Part shown: positions 53,785-64,000 of the stretch, one piece after another | Position numbering within the stretch: the stretch's first letter is position 1 | Layout of the letters: every line of letters starts with the position of its first letter | Source of the DNA: a virus | Lineage: Duplodnaviria > Caudoviricetes | DNA length: 64,000 bases | Virus record (IMG/VR): IMGVR_UViG_3300028832_000114 | Coordinates: 1-64,000 of that record | Direction: 5' to 3' (one strand) | Translations under genes and position numbers: made by a program | Notes under the pieces: generated by a model | Told to the model about the DNA's origin: nothing | The model's database searches: none | The model's input: only the letters and a program-made list of their open reading frames with translations

Positions 53785-54717
53785 ATGGAAAGAAAAGAAA
53801 TATGTGATAAGATTTATTACATGACTAAAAAAAGAAAATCTTTTAAAACCGTTTGTCAAGAATTAAATTTAAAAGATTATGAAGTTATAGGTTTAGTAAC
53901 TATAATGGCACAAGAGGGATATAATATTGATTTTGTAGATGGAGAGCTTATTATTAGAAAAGTTCCTAAACAAAATCAAGATGTTTATGAAATTCCATAT
54001 AATTTAGAACATTTAAAATTATTATTAATTAGTGATACTCATTTATGTTCTAAATATGATAGATTAGATATTTTAAAATATTTATATTCAAAAGCAGAAG
54101 ATAAAGGTATTCAACATATATTACACTCAGGTGATTTTACTGATGGTCGTTCAAATAGACCAGAACATGTATATGAATTAAAAGAGCATTCTTATGAAGG
54201 ACAAGTTGATTATTGTGTTGATAGATATCCTCAATTTAATGGAAAAACATATATAATTTCAGGTAATCATGATGACTGGTGGTATAAATCTGCAGGAAGT
54301 GAAATTGTAAAAACAATAGCTAAACAAAGAGAAGATATGGTTTATTTAGGTCCTGATGTTGCAGATTTAAAAATTGGTAAATTAAAAATTAGATTATTTC
54401 ATGGAATGGGCGGCGGCGCATATGCTAAATCTTATAAATTACAAAAATATTTAGATAGCATTCCAACCGCAGAAAGACCTGATATTTTACAAACAGGACA
54501 TACTCATCAATCATTCTATATGAAACAAGATGGTACACATTGTTTTCAAACCAGCTGTTTAGAAGATCAAACGCCATATTGTAGAAGTATGGGTATGGGA
54601 AATGATAAATCATGTTGATGAGTTGATGTAGACTTTGATGATAAGGGAAATATTTATAGTATTAAACCTGAATTAGAAACATTTGGAGACAAGAAAATTT
54701 ATACTAAAAGGAAGTAG
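53785..54717 (+). CDS. Metallophosphoesterase with N-terminal HTH (tandem TGA TGA)
   Basis: SDTH, HSGD, GNHD, GHTH; frame continues CWWVDV to TAG. Confidence 0.85.
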
Positions 54718-54722
54718 TTTTT

Positions 54723-55142
54723 ATGAAAGATGTTACACAATGAATGATAAACAGCTATGGGTTAGATGATAAGGGCTATGATTTTATGGGTTATACTTTT
54801 ACAGATCAAAGACAATTAAGCTTTCATCATCTCATCGTTCCTAAAAAAGATTGCCCTAAATTAAGATTGGGCAATGGATACTTTTTATGAAATGGAGCTA
54901 TTTTAAAACAACTAACCTCACATAATTATTTACACGTAATAGAAAGAATAGATAGAAATACTTTTTTAAAAATTACACAAATATTAATAGCAGAAAATCA
55001 AACAGGAGAAATAAATATAGAATTATTAAAACAAATTAGATTTTTATTAGAACATTTTGAAAAAGAGCATTATGATGAAACTGATAAAAAAGGCAAAATT
55101 TTAATTAAATCGAAATATATAACAGAAAGGATCCCGCTATAA
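54723..55142 (+). CDS. Hypothetical protein, HNH-like (two TGA)
   Basis: FHHLIVP...NGAIL...H..LH pattern. Confidence 0.55.
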
Positions 55143-55424
55143 ATGACAATAGAAGAAAAAATACAAAAACATCAAGAATTATTGAATATCCTACATGAAG
55201 TTTATATTGCAAAAAATCATGATTATGGGGATAGTGTTCATGATACTTATAATAAATATGGAATAGTTTCTTTTTTGGTAAGACTTGAAGATAAATTAAA
55301 TAGAGCTAGAACAATTAGTTCTAAATCTCAAATGGTAGAAGATGAAAAATTGAAAGACACTTTATTAGATATGGCAAACTATGCTATTTTAGCAATTTTA
55401 GAGTTGGAGGATAATAATGGATAA
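55143..55424 (+). CDS. Nucleotide-modification-associated domain protein (DUF1599-like)
   Basis: [26 protein letters not shown]. Confidence 0.8.
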   Translation: MTIEEKIQKHQELLNILHEVYIAKNHDYGDSVHDTYNKYGIVSFLVRLEDKLNRARTISSKSQMVEDEKLKDTLLDMANYAILAILELEDNNG

Positions 55425-56646
55425 AAAAATAAAAGAAGCATTAGAAAAAGAAATTATAAGACAACAACAAAATATTGAATTAATTGCGAGTGAAAATTAT
55501 GTATCTAATGATATATTAAAATTACAAGGAAGTATATTTACAAATAAATATGCAGAAGGATATCCCTCTAAAAGATATTATGGGGGATGTGAAAATGTTG
55601 ATACTGTTGAACAATTAGCTATTGATTATGTATGTAAATTATTTAATGTAAAATATGCAAATGTTCAACCTCATAGTGGTAGCAGTGCTAATATGGCGGT
55701 ATATAGAGCATTATTACAACCTGGTGATACTGTATTAGGCATGAATTTAAGTTCCGGTGGACATTTAACACACGGATATAAATTAAATTTTAGTGGAAAA
55801 GATTATAATATTATTAGTTATGATGTTGATTATAATGGATATATTAATTATGATAATATTGAAGAATTAGCACTACAATATAAACCTAAAATGATTATAG
55901 CAGGCGCTTCCGCATATCCAAGAAAAATAGATTTTGCAAGATTTAAAGATATTGCAGATAAATGTGGTGCATATTTAATGGTTGATATGGCACACATAGC
56001 TGGATTAGTTGCGGCAGGTTTTCATCAAAATCCTTGTGATTATGCAGATGTAGTAACTTCCACTACACATAAAACACTACGTGGACCTCGTGGAGGAATT
56101 ATATTAACAAATAATAGTGAAATTAGTAAAATAATTAATAAAACAATATTCCCAGGTATTCAAGGTGGACCTTTAGAGCATGTAATCGCCGCAAAAGCTC
56201 AGTGTTTTTATGAGGCACTACAATCCGATTTTAAAGAATATCAAAAACAAGTATTAAAAAATATTACAGCAATGGCTGAAGAGTTTCGTTCACTTGGGGT
56301 TTCTTTAGTAAGTGATGGCACTGATAATCATTTAATTTTAGTTGATGTATTTCACTCTTTTGGTTTAACAGGGGCGGAAGCAGAAATAATTTTAGATAAA
56401 ATTCATATTACAGTTAATAAAAACACTATTCCAGGAGAAACATTAAAAGCAACTGAGGCAAGTGGTATTAGAATTGGTAGTCCTGCTATGACAACTAAAG
56501 GACTTAAAGAAGAAGATTTTAAAACAATAGCAGATATTATTTATATGGCTTTATCTTTAAGAACTGATAAAAATGCATTAGAAAGACAAAAAGAAAGGGT
56601 ATTAGAAATTACAAATAAAATTTATTATGAGCAAACTAATTTTTAG
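55417..56646 (+). CDS. glyA: Serine hydroxymethyltransferase
   Basis: [24 protein letters not shown]. Confidence 0.97.
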   Translation: MDKKIKEALEKEIIRQQQNIELIASENYVSNDILKLQGSIFTNKYAEGYPSKRYYGGCENVDTVEQLAIDYVCKLFNVKYANVQPHSGSSANMAVYRALLQPGDTVLGMNLSSGGHLTHGYKLNFSGKDYNIISYDVDYNGYINYDNIEELALQYKPKMIIAGASAYPRKIDFARFKDIADKCGAYLMVDMAHIAGLVAAGFHQNPCDYADVVTSTTHKTLRGPRGGIILTNNSEISKIINKTIFPGIQGGPLEHVIAAKAQCFYEALQSDFKEYQKQVLKNITAMAEEFRSLGVSLVSDGTDNHLILVDVFHSFGLTGAEAEIILDKIHITVNKNTIPGETLKATEASGIRIGSPAMTTKGLKEEDFKTIADIIYMALSLRTDKNALERQKERVLEITNKIYYEQTNF

Positions 56647-57202
56647 ATATAGTGCTATGAATAGTGGCAAAACAACCAATTTGTTACAAGTAGCACATAA
56701 TTATGAAGAACGCGGGTTTATGGTTAAAATAGCTAAACCTGAAATAGATACAAAGGCGGATGACCGTGTTTCTAGCCGCATTGGACTAGAACGAAAGGTA
56801 GACTACCTAATACCGCCGCAAGGAGAAATATCAATAGATCTAAGAACTAATGTGCTATTGATTGACGAAGCACAATTTCTAAATAAAGAACAAATAGATC
56901 AATTATATGAAATATCAAAATTATATAATATTTTAATTATTTGCTATGGTTTAAGAACGGATTTCCGCATGCAAGGATTTCCTGGGGCTACTCGTCTACT
57001 AGAAATAGCTGATGAAATTGAAGAATTAAAAACTATTTGCTCTTGTGGCAAAAAGGCTACATTTAATCTTCGTCTAATTAATGGTTTTCCAACATTTGAA
57101 GGAGACCAAGTGTCTATTGATAATCAAGAAGAAATAAAATATGATAGTATATGCGGGGATTGTTATTTAAAATTAAAACAAGGAGCTAAAAATGGATTAT
57201 AA
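56627..57202 (+). CDS. tdk: Thymidine kinase
   Basis: [22 protein letters not shown]. Confidence 0.95.
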   Translation: MSKLIFRYSAMNSGKTTNLLQVAHNYEERGFMVKIAKPEIDTKADDRVSSRIGLERKVDYLIPPQGEISIDLRTNVLLIDEAQFLNKEQIDQLYEISKLYNILIICYGLRTDFRMQGFPGATRLLEIADEIEELKTICSCGKKATFNLRLINGFPTFEGDQVSIDNQEEIKYDSICGDCYLKLKQGAKNGL

Positions 57203-57815
57203 AATTGAAACTAAAATTACTGATTTTGATATTAATTGAAAAAAAATAAAATCAGCATGTATGACTACTATATCAAAAGAAGCTGGAGATAAAGAACCAT
57301 CAAGTGAATGAAAAAGAAAATTATTATTATGTGAGCATAGTCCTATTCGTCGCGGTACTGTAAGTTGGAAGTGAGATGCTATTCCCTATGCAATTTCAAC
57401 TCATTTTGTAAGACATCATGAAGGTGTAGAAAAATGGGTAGGCACTCAAAGAGCTGATAGAACAGAAGTAAAAGATAGAAGTGAAAGAAGCCAAATGAAT
57501 CCAGTCCCTATGGAGATGGAAGCTAATATTCAAGCATTAATTAATATATCATATAAAAGACTTTGTACTTGTGCAGATCCACTTACTAGAAAATATTGGG
57601 AAAATACTTTATTAGCAATTAAGGAATATGATGAAGATATATTCTGGGCTTGTGTTCCTCAATGTATTAGATGTGGAGGATGCCCTGAATATAAAACTTG
57701 TGGATATTATGAACAATTTGCAAAAAATCTAACAATGGAAGAACAAATAGATATTCATAAAAGATATGATAAATATAATGAAGAAAGAGCTAAAAGACTA
57801 ACTTTGAAAAAATAA
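57192..57815 (+). CDS. thyX: Flavin-dependent thymidylate synthase-like protein (three TGA)
   Basis: EHSPIR, HFVRH, RLC motifs once TGA is read as Trp. Confidence 0.75.
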
Positions 57816-57866
57816 AAAAAATATATTATAATATTTATATATAAAATAAGAAAAGAGGTAAAAAAT

Positions 57867-58352
57867 ATGATAAGACCAATTTTAACATATCCTGCGGATA
57901 AAGAAATATTAACACAAAAAAGTGTTGAAGTAACAGAATTTAATGATGAAATAAAAGAAATTATAACCGATTTAATTGATACATTAAAAAATTCAACTGG
58001 TGCAGGCATTTCCGCAATTCAAATTGGAAAACCTTATCGTATTTGTGTTATAAATTGGTGTGATATTCATGTTTTAGTTAACCCAAAAATAACTAGAACA
58101 AGAGGAACTCATTCAATGAGGGAAGGCTGTTTATCAGTTCCTGGATTATTTGTTGATCATGAACGAGCTCAAAAAGTATGGATCACTGCACTAAACGAAA
58201 ATGGTGAAGAATATGAATATGCTGAGGGCGGCAATGGTAGCTATATTGCTCAACATGAATTAGACCATTTTGAAGGTACTTGTTCATTATTCCAAGCATA
58301 TGATGAAATAGAAAAAAATATAGGGGTTGAAAAGAAAAATGAAAATAATTAA
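57867..58352 (+). CDS. def: Peptide deformylase
   Basis: GISAIQIG, EGCLS, QHELDH. Confidence 0.95.
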   Translation: MIRPILTYPADKEILTQKSVEVTEFNDEIKEIITDLIDTLKNSTGAGISAIQIGKPYRICVINWCDIHVLVNPKITRTRGTHSMREGCLSVPGLFVDHERAQKVWITALNENGEEYEYAEGGNGSYIAQHELDHFEGTCSLFQAYDEIEKNIGVEKKNENN

Positions 58353-58842
58353 AAGATTTTTATTAAATAGAAAATTAAAAAAAGAATATAAAAGAAAAAT
58401 ATTAGAACATAAAACAAAATTAATTCAAATTTTTAGAGAATTATTACAATGAAAAGATTGTGATTGGATAACTAAAGACTTGGATGTAATGAATAATTTA
58501 TGGTATAGAATATTAGAACATGATGATAGTCTATATGATAAAATAGAAATGAAAATATTTAAAAATCCTGATGGGAATTATTCTCAAGAAGAATATGACG
58601 CCGCAGTTCAACATCACATAAATAATAACGACCATCATTGGGAGAATAGAGTAGATGACCAAATTTTAACCTTACAAACTAAGCTAGCCTGTGTTGAAAA
58701 TCTACTAGATTGAATGTCTTATAAAACAGCTCCTTATGAAGAATGATTTACATTCATTGAAAATACAAAACTACCAGAAATACAAAAAAACTTCATGAAA
58801 GAATTTATGTGAGTAATAATAAATAATAAAATGGAGGTATAA
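58339..58842 (+). CDS. HD-like protein (DUF5662-like), several TGA
   Basis: EHDDS, HH...NDHHWE, LLDW. Confidence 0.6.
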
Positions 58843-58974
58843 TTATGTTATGGTTTTGGATATTAGTTGGAATAGTAGTAGTATTAACAATAATATTTGT
58901 AATCTGCGCTATTATAACTGGTAAAAGTATGGAAGCATATTACACAGGACTAGATGACGAAGAGAGGTATTTAA

Positions 58975-59427
58975 ATGATATTCCAGAAAAACAAGAAGAA
59001 AAAATTAAAGAAGAAGAATAGCACTGTTGAAATGGGAACTTCTCTTTACGAAGTAAATAAAGGGCTTGTAGAAAAAAATGTTCCTGATTTAACAGATGAA
59101 GAAATGCAAAATAAAAAAACATTAATAATTGATTTTATAAATAATACAAGTAATCAATATTATATGTTATTATGCAATGATAAAAAAGATTATACAATAT
59201 TTAGAAGAGAAACGAATGAAAATAAAGATTTCTTAGACAATCTTGAAACTCCAGACCGCGATAGATTATGGAATGTATTAATTGATGAATGTCTTCCTAA
59301 CCGCGGCCGCACAAAATCAATAGAATTAACTGAAAATCAAGATGCTGTTGAGATATGGATCTCAATTGAGAGCGAAAGTTATTGCTATATGTTTTTTCCA
59401 TATGATGCAGCTATCATTGAATGTTAG
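58975..59427 (+). CDS. Hypothetical phage protein
   Basis: ORF track. Confidence 0.65.
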   Translation: MIFQKNKKKKLKKKNSTVEMGTSLYEVNKGLVEKNVPDLTDEEMQNKKTLIIDFINNTSNQYYMLLCNDKKDYTIFRRETNENKDFLDNLETPDRDRLWNVLIDECLPNRGRTKSIELTENQDAVEIWISIESESYCYMFFPYDAAIIEC

Positions 59428-59436
59428 GAGGATAAA

Positions 59437-59703
59437 ATGACAATTATTGCAAATGTAAAAGGTTTTACTTTAGCACATCCAGTTATGGTTGTTGATAATG
59501 ATAAAGTCGTTTATGCAACAAAAGCATCTTTAAAAGATATGCCTGAATTACTTTCTCATTTTGCTCAAACTTATAATTGTAATCATATTACTTTTGTAGG
59601 TAATCAAAAATTTGCTGAGAAAATGGCAAATCAAACTAAAGATATTTTTAAAGCTAAATATAGTAAAGAAACTGAATTAGAAATTGAATACATTACTAAA
59701 TAA
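59437..59703 (+). CDS. Hypothetical protein
   Basis: AGGAGG SD. Confidence 0.6.
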   Translation: MTIIANVKGFTLAHPVMVVDNDKVVYATKASLKDMPELLSHFAQTYNCNHITFVGNQKFAEKMANQTKDIFKAKYSKETELEIEYITK

Positions 59704-59780
59704 TAGTAATGTTTTTTTGTTGAAAAAAATAAAAAAATAGAGTATAATAAAGTATAAAGGAAAGAAAAGGAGATAAAATT

Positions 59781-60032
59781 ATGAAATATTTATTAGAAAC
59801 AACTGAATCTTATAGAGTTAGTACTGAAGAAGAAGTAACTCAATTAATAGAAAATGCAAAAAAAGATAATCATTATATATTAAAAAAACACACTTCACAA
59901 ATTAAAGAGCGTAAACAAAAAGGTGAGGTTGTTGATATGTGGTATAAAGTAACCTTAACAAAATATTTTACAAGTGAAAAAGAACCTGAAGGAACAACAG
60001 AAATTGTTTATAATGAGGGGAGCGCATTTTAA
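59781..60032 (+). CDS. Hypothetical protein
   Basis: AGGAG SD, own promoter. Confidence 0.6.
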   Translation: MKYLLETTESYRVSTEEEVTQLIENAKKDNHYILKKHTSQIKERKQKGEVVDMWYKVTLTKYFTSEKEPEGTTEIVYNEGSAF

Positions 60033-60034
60033 TT

Positions 60035-60469
60035 ATGGAAATAAAATATAAAAAATTAGATTCAAATGCAAAAGAACCAACTCAAGGGAGTCCATATGCA
60101 GCAGGATATGATTTATATGCAGCAACAGATAAAGCAACAGGAATTAGACCGCATACAACAGTAAAGATTGGAACTGGTATTGCTATTGAGTTACCTGAAA
60201 ATACCTTTGGTGCTATTTTTGCTAGAAGCGGACTTGCTACAAAACAAGGATTGCGTCCTGCAAATTGTGTAGGAGTAGTTGATTCGGATTATAGAGGAGA
60301 AGTTATTGTAGCATTACACAATGATACAGATAATATACAAGTTATTTCATCTGGTGATCGTATAGCTCAATTGGTAGTTATGCCTTATATACCTGTTAGA
60401 TTTATTGAAACAGAAGAATTAACAGATACTGTCCGTGGTGATGGTGGATTTGGTTCTACAGGAGTTTAA
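60035..60469 (+). CDS. dut: dUTPase (trimeric)
   Basis: AGYDL, RSGLA, GVVDSDYRGE, RG.GGFGSTG. Confidence 0.97.
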   Translation: MEIKYKKLDSNAKEPTQGSPYAAGYDLYAATDKATGIRPHTTVKIGTGIAIELPENTFGAIFARSGLATKQGLRPANCVGVVDSDYRGEVIVALHNDTDNIQVISSGDRIAQLVVMPYIPVRFIETEELTDTVRGDGGFGSTGV

Positions 60470-60682
60470 TATGTTTGCAGCTCTAATGGGATTGCTTACA
60501 GCCCAAAACAATCTTAGAATGACTCAAGCAAGATTAATAACTCATCATATACCAATTAATAATAATGATATTGAAAAAGAACAAAAAGAAAAAGAAGAAT
60601 ATAAACCAAAGCATGAAGAAGAATTTTATAGACCTAAACATGCTAGTGAAATAGATATGTCAATATCAATTTAGGAGGAAAA

Positions 60683-61609
60683 ATGAAATATTTAATTACA
60701 GGTAGCGGTTATTTGGCTAAAAATTTAATAGCTAGATTGTTAAACCACCCAGACACTGAAAAAATTAAAATCTTTTCAAGAGCAGAAAAAGAACAATGAG
60801 AAACAAAAACTCTTTTTAATAATGATTCTAGATTAGAATTTATTATTGGAGATGTTAGAGATTATCAAGCAATTTGTACTGCTTTTGTTGACGTAGATCG
60901 TTGTATTCATACTGGCGCAATTAAAAGAATTGAAGTTGCAGAAAAACAACCAATGGAAGCAATTAAAACTAATGTAATTGGTAGTATGAATGTTATAAAT
61001 GCGGCAATCGCTAATAAAGTTAAAAAACTTATACTTATCTCAACTGACAAAGCGACTTCCGCAACCACTTGCTATGGCAGTACTAAATTCTTAATGGAAT
61101 GTATGGCATATGCAAACGAAAGTGATACAGATATTATTTGCACTCGTTATGGAAATGTATTTGGTTCAACCGGCAGTGTTGTTCCAATATTTGATGAATT
61201 AAGCAAACAAGGTAAACCATTAACTATTAGAAATGGAGAAATGACTCGTTTCTTTATGGAAGTAAGTAAATGTGTTGATATTATTATAACTGCATTAGAT
61301 TGTGGGAAAAATGGAGAATTATGGATATATGCTAGTAAAGCCTGTACAATTAAAGATCTAGCCGATGCTTTTGGCGGAGAACAAATTATTACTGGTGTAG
61401 AAAACATTGAAAAAAATGATGAAGCCCTTATTACTATTAATGAATTAAATCACAGTATAAAAGCTGATGAATATTATATTATTCGTAAAGATTATAAAAG
61501 TGACATTGAATATACAGAGCCGTTAACAAGTTATACAGCAGAAAGATTAACACAAGATGAAATTAAACAAATGATTAAGAATTGGAGGATGGCAAATGAT
61601 AAAAGTTAG
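60683..61609 (+). CDS. NDP-sugar 4,6-dehydratase (PseB/CapD-like), one TGA
   Basis: ITGSG, GDVRD, STDKA, YG.TK, RYGNV.GS.GSV. Confidence 0.85.
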
Positions 61610-62180
61610 TATCTTAATGCCAGCCTTCAATGCTGAACGTTTTATTCGAAATGCTTTAGCAAGCATTCCAAAAACTGACGAGATAGAAATTATAGTTGTT
61701 AATGATGGCTCTACAGATAAAACTGCGGCAATAGCTAAAGAATTTGATGTAAAATTAATTGACCGTAAGAAAAATATGGGCGTTGGTTATTCGCGCAAAG
61801 AGGCGCTTGCCGCCGCACAAGGTGAATACATAATGTTCTTTGATAGTGATGATACTATTAATACTGAAAATTTTAAAAAAGTAGTAGAAATGTTAGATGG
61901 AACTGATATAGTTTATTACGATATGATAAATAATAATGGAGAAATATATCATTTAAATGATTATTATAAAACAAAAGTTGTAGGAATGGTTAAATTTATT
62001 AGAAGAGAATATGCAAATAAATTTGATTATCCAGCACTACCAAGATACGAAGACGTAACTTTTAATGAAATGTTACAAAGTCTTCCACATACAGAAAAAT
62101 TTTCTAATTTAATTGTAGTAAACTATAATAACCCTAGATATGATAGCACTAGCGCAAAATGGCTTAGAGGTGAATTATAA
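61596..62180 (+). CDS. Glycosyltransferase family 2
   Basis: VSILMPAFN, VNDGSTD, FDSDD. Confidence 0.9.
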   Translation: MIKVSILMPAFNAERFIRNALASIPKTDEIEIIVVNDGSTDKTAAIAKEFDVKLIDRKKNMGVGYSRKEALAAAQGEYIMFFDSDDTINTENFKKVVEMLDGTDIVYYDMINNNGEIYHLNDYYKTKVVGMVKFIRREYANKFDYPALPRYEDVTFNEMLQSLPHTEKFSNLIVVNYNNPRYDSTSAKWLRGEL

Positions 62181-62181
62181 A

Positions 62182-62994
62182 ATGAAAATCAAATTATATT
62201 CACAATATCGTAGGTTTAATGATTTTCAAGAGCCAAAATATATTCAATGAGATCCAGACGGACAAATAGAAGCATATCATGATGTTTTTATCTCGGCGGC
62301 AATTCATAATAAAAATAACGGAAAAAAGAAAATTGCAATTATAACAGAACCAAGATGTGTTTGGCAACATGTTTTTGGAAACTTTGATATAGAACTATTT
62401 TTAAAAAGACAATATAATCTTTTTCAATATATATTTACATTTGATAATGAAATATTAAAATTGCCTAATGCTAAACCAATAGGTTTTCCTGGAATATGAT
62501 ATTCAGGAGACGAAGAAAAAACAAAAAATATCTCTATGTGTTGTTCTAATAAATCTATGTGTCCATCACATCTTAAAAGAAAAAAAGTTGCAGATAAATT
62601 AAAAAATAAAGTTGATATATTAGGAGATTATTTAGGAGAAGCAAGAGCTTCAACAAAAGACATATATAGTCAATATAAATACAGTGTTGTGTTAGAAAAT
62701 GATTGCTCTTATTGATATTATACAGAAAAAGTTATTAATGCTTTTGCTAATAAATGTATTCCAATTTATTATGGTACGCCTAGAATATTAGAACTATTTA
62801 ATCCAAAAGGAATAATTTTTGTTGAAAATTTAGATAAAATAGAAGAAATTATTGATAATCTAAACCCTCACTATTATGAAGAAAATATAGACGCAGTAAA
62901 TGAAAATTTTGAACTAGCAAAAAAATATAGTTGTTATGAAGATTGCCTATATTTAGATTATCAAAAAGAATTGGAGGACTTATGAAAATATTAG
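62182..62994 (+). CDS. GT10-like (fucosyltransferase-family) glycosyltransferase, several TGA; missed by ORF track
   Basis: YKYSVVLEN...YYTEK..NAF...CIPIYYG motif. Confidence 0.75.
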
Positions 62995-64000
62995 TTTTAA
63001 GTTGTGATAAGTATTCATATTTATGACCAACTTTTTTTACATTGCTAGATAAGTATTATCCAAATCATCCAGAGGTATATCTTTCAACAGAACAAAAAAA
63101 TTGTAAATATTGTAAAACAATCAATACTAAATCTGAAATATGAACAGATAGATATCAAAATGCGTTAAGACAAATTCCTGATGATTATGTTTTAGTTTTG
63201 TTAGAAGATTTTTTTATTCGTGGACCTGTTGATGAAGAGCGTATTAATCAATCATTAGAACTAATGAAAAACAATAAAAAAATTGCAGTATGTAATTTTG
63301 AATTACAATATAGAAAAGGAATTGAAAATGCATATCCTGGATATGATATTCAAAAAAATAATCAAATATATTTAAACTCTTGTCAACCTAGTTTGTGAAA
63401 TAGAGAAATATTAATTAATAGATTACAAACACCTCAAGATGCATGAGCATGAGAGACAACTCTTATTAATAGTCCATATCTTCATTTAATTAATAATACA
63501 AATAAATATATTATTGATATTGGATATAGACACCAAGCCATAACTGGAGATGGTTGAGGAGTAACAAGAGGCAGATTGTCTCAAGAGTGTCAAGACTTCT
63601 TAAAAACAGAAGGTTTAGAAATTAAAAAACATAAATTAAGTATTATTACACCCTATTACAATGTCTTAAACTATACCAAAGAGTTGGCGGCAGCACTTGA
63701 ACCGCAATTAACAGATGCAGTGGAATGAATTATTGTAGATGATGGTTGTAATGAGACCGAATTAGATAAATTAAATGCTCAAGTTATTCATTTAAAAGAG
63801 AATAGCGGCGGCGCTAGTGTTCCACGAAATGAAGGAATGAAAATTGCAGATGGCGATTATACAGTATTTATAGATGCTGATGATTTAGTTCAACCATATT
63901 ATATAAAAACAATTTTAAATAAAATTGAAAATAGTACATTTGATTATTGCTATTTTGGCTGAAAGGGTATTGGAGCATTACCTGTAAACATAATGATTAC
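62982..64000 (+). CDS. Two-domain glycosyltransferase (N-terminal GT-A-like plus GT2), eight TGA, runs off window
   Basis: LSCDKY..LW, LLEDFF, then SIITPYYN, IVDDG, FIDADD. Confidence 0.8.

Noticed and set aside
28477-57815. Pseudogenes or split genes at TGA; code 25 (TGA=Gly)
   Set aside because: Breaks are consistently single in-frame TGA at Trp-type motif positions, with intact motifs on both sides.
1-64000. Bacterial chromosome
   Set aside because: No rRNA or ribosomal-protein operons; many orphan ORFs, two long single-strand gene blocks, endolysin and Sak4-like genes point to a phage, although no capsid or terminase gene is in the window.

Overview
AT-rich segment of a large (jumbo-like) tailed-phage genome, probably infecting a Firmicutes/Bacillota host. 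No rRNA or ribosomal-protein genes are present. Left arm (1-25.8 kb, minus strand): small accessory ORFs, a SigA-like sigma factor, RNA ligase, two NlpC/P60 hydrolases, 24 tRNAs covering all 20 amino acids, a tmRNA, several tRNA-shaped but aberrant RNAs and several large ORF-free structured regions. Right arm (26-64 kb, plus strand): a bacterial-type replication set (RNase H, GyrB/GyrA, LigA, SSB, Sak4-like ATPase, DnaB, DnaG, RecJ, RecD-like helicase, DnaE), nucleotide metabolism (NrdDG, GlyA, Tdk, ThyX, Dut), peptide deformylase and a glycosyltransferase cluster. The window uses TGA as Trp (code 4): many ORFs in the supplied track are fragments that join through in-frame TGA at conserved Trp positions, and coordinates below are corrected for this. 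The most striking single object is the UGA-decoding tRNA-Trp(UCA) at 18093-18188, whose variable region carries a second complete anticodon stem-loop with a CCA anticodon. All calls come from reading the sequence by eye; no searches were run.
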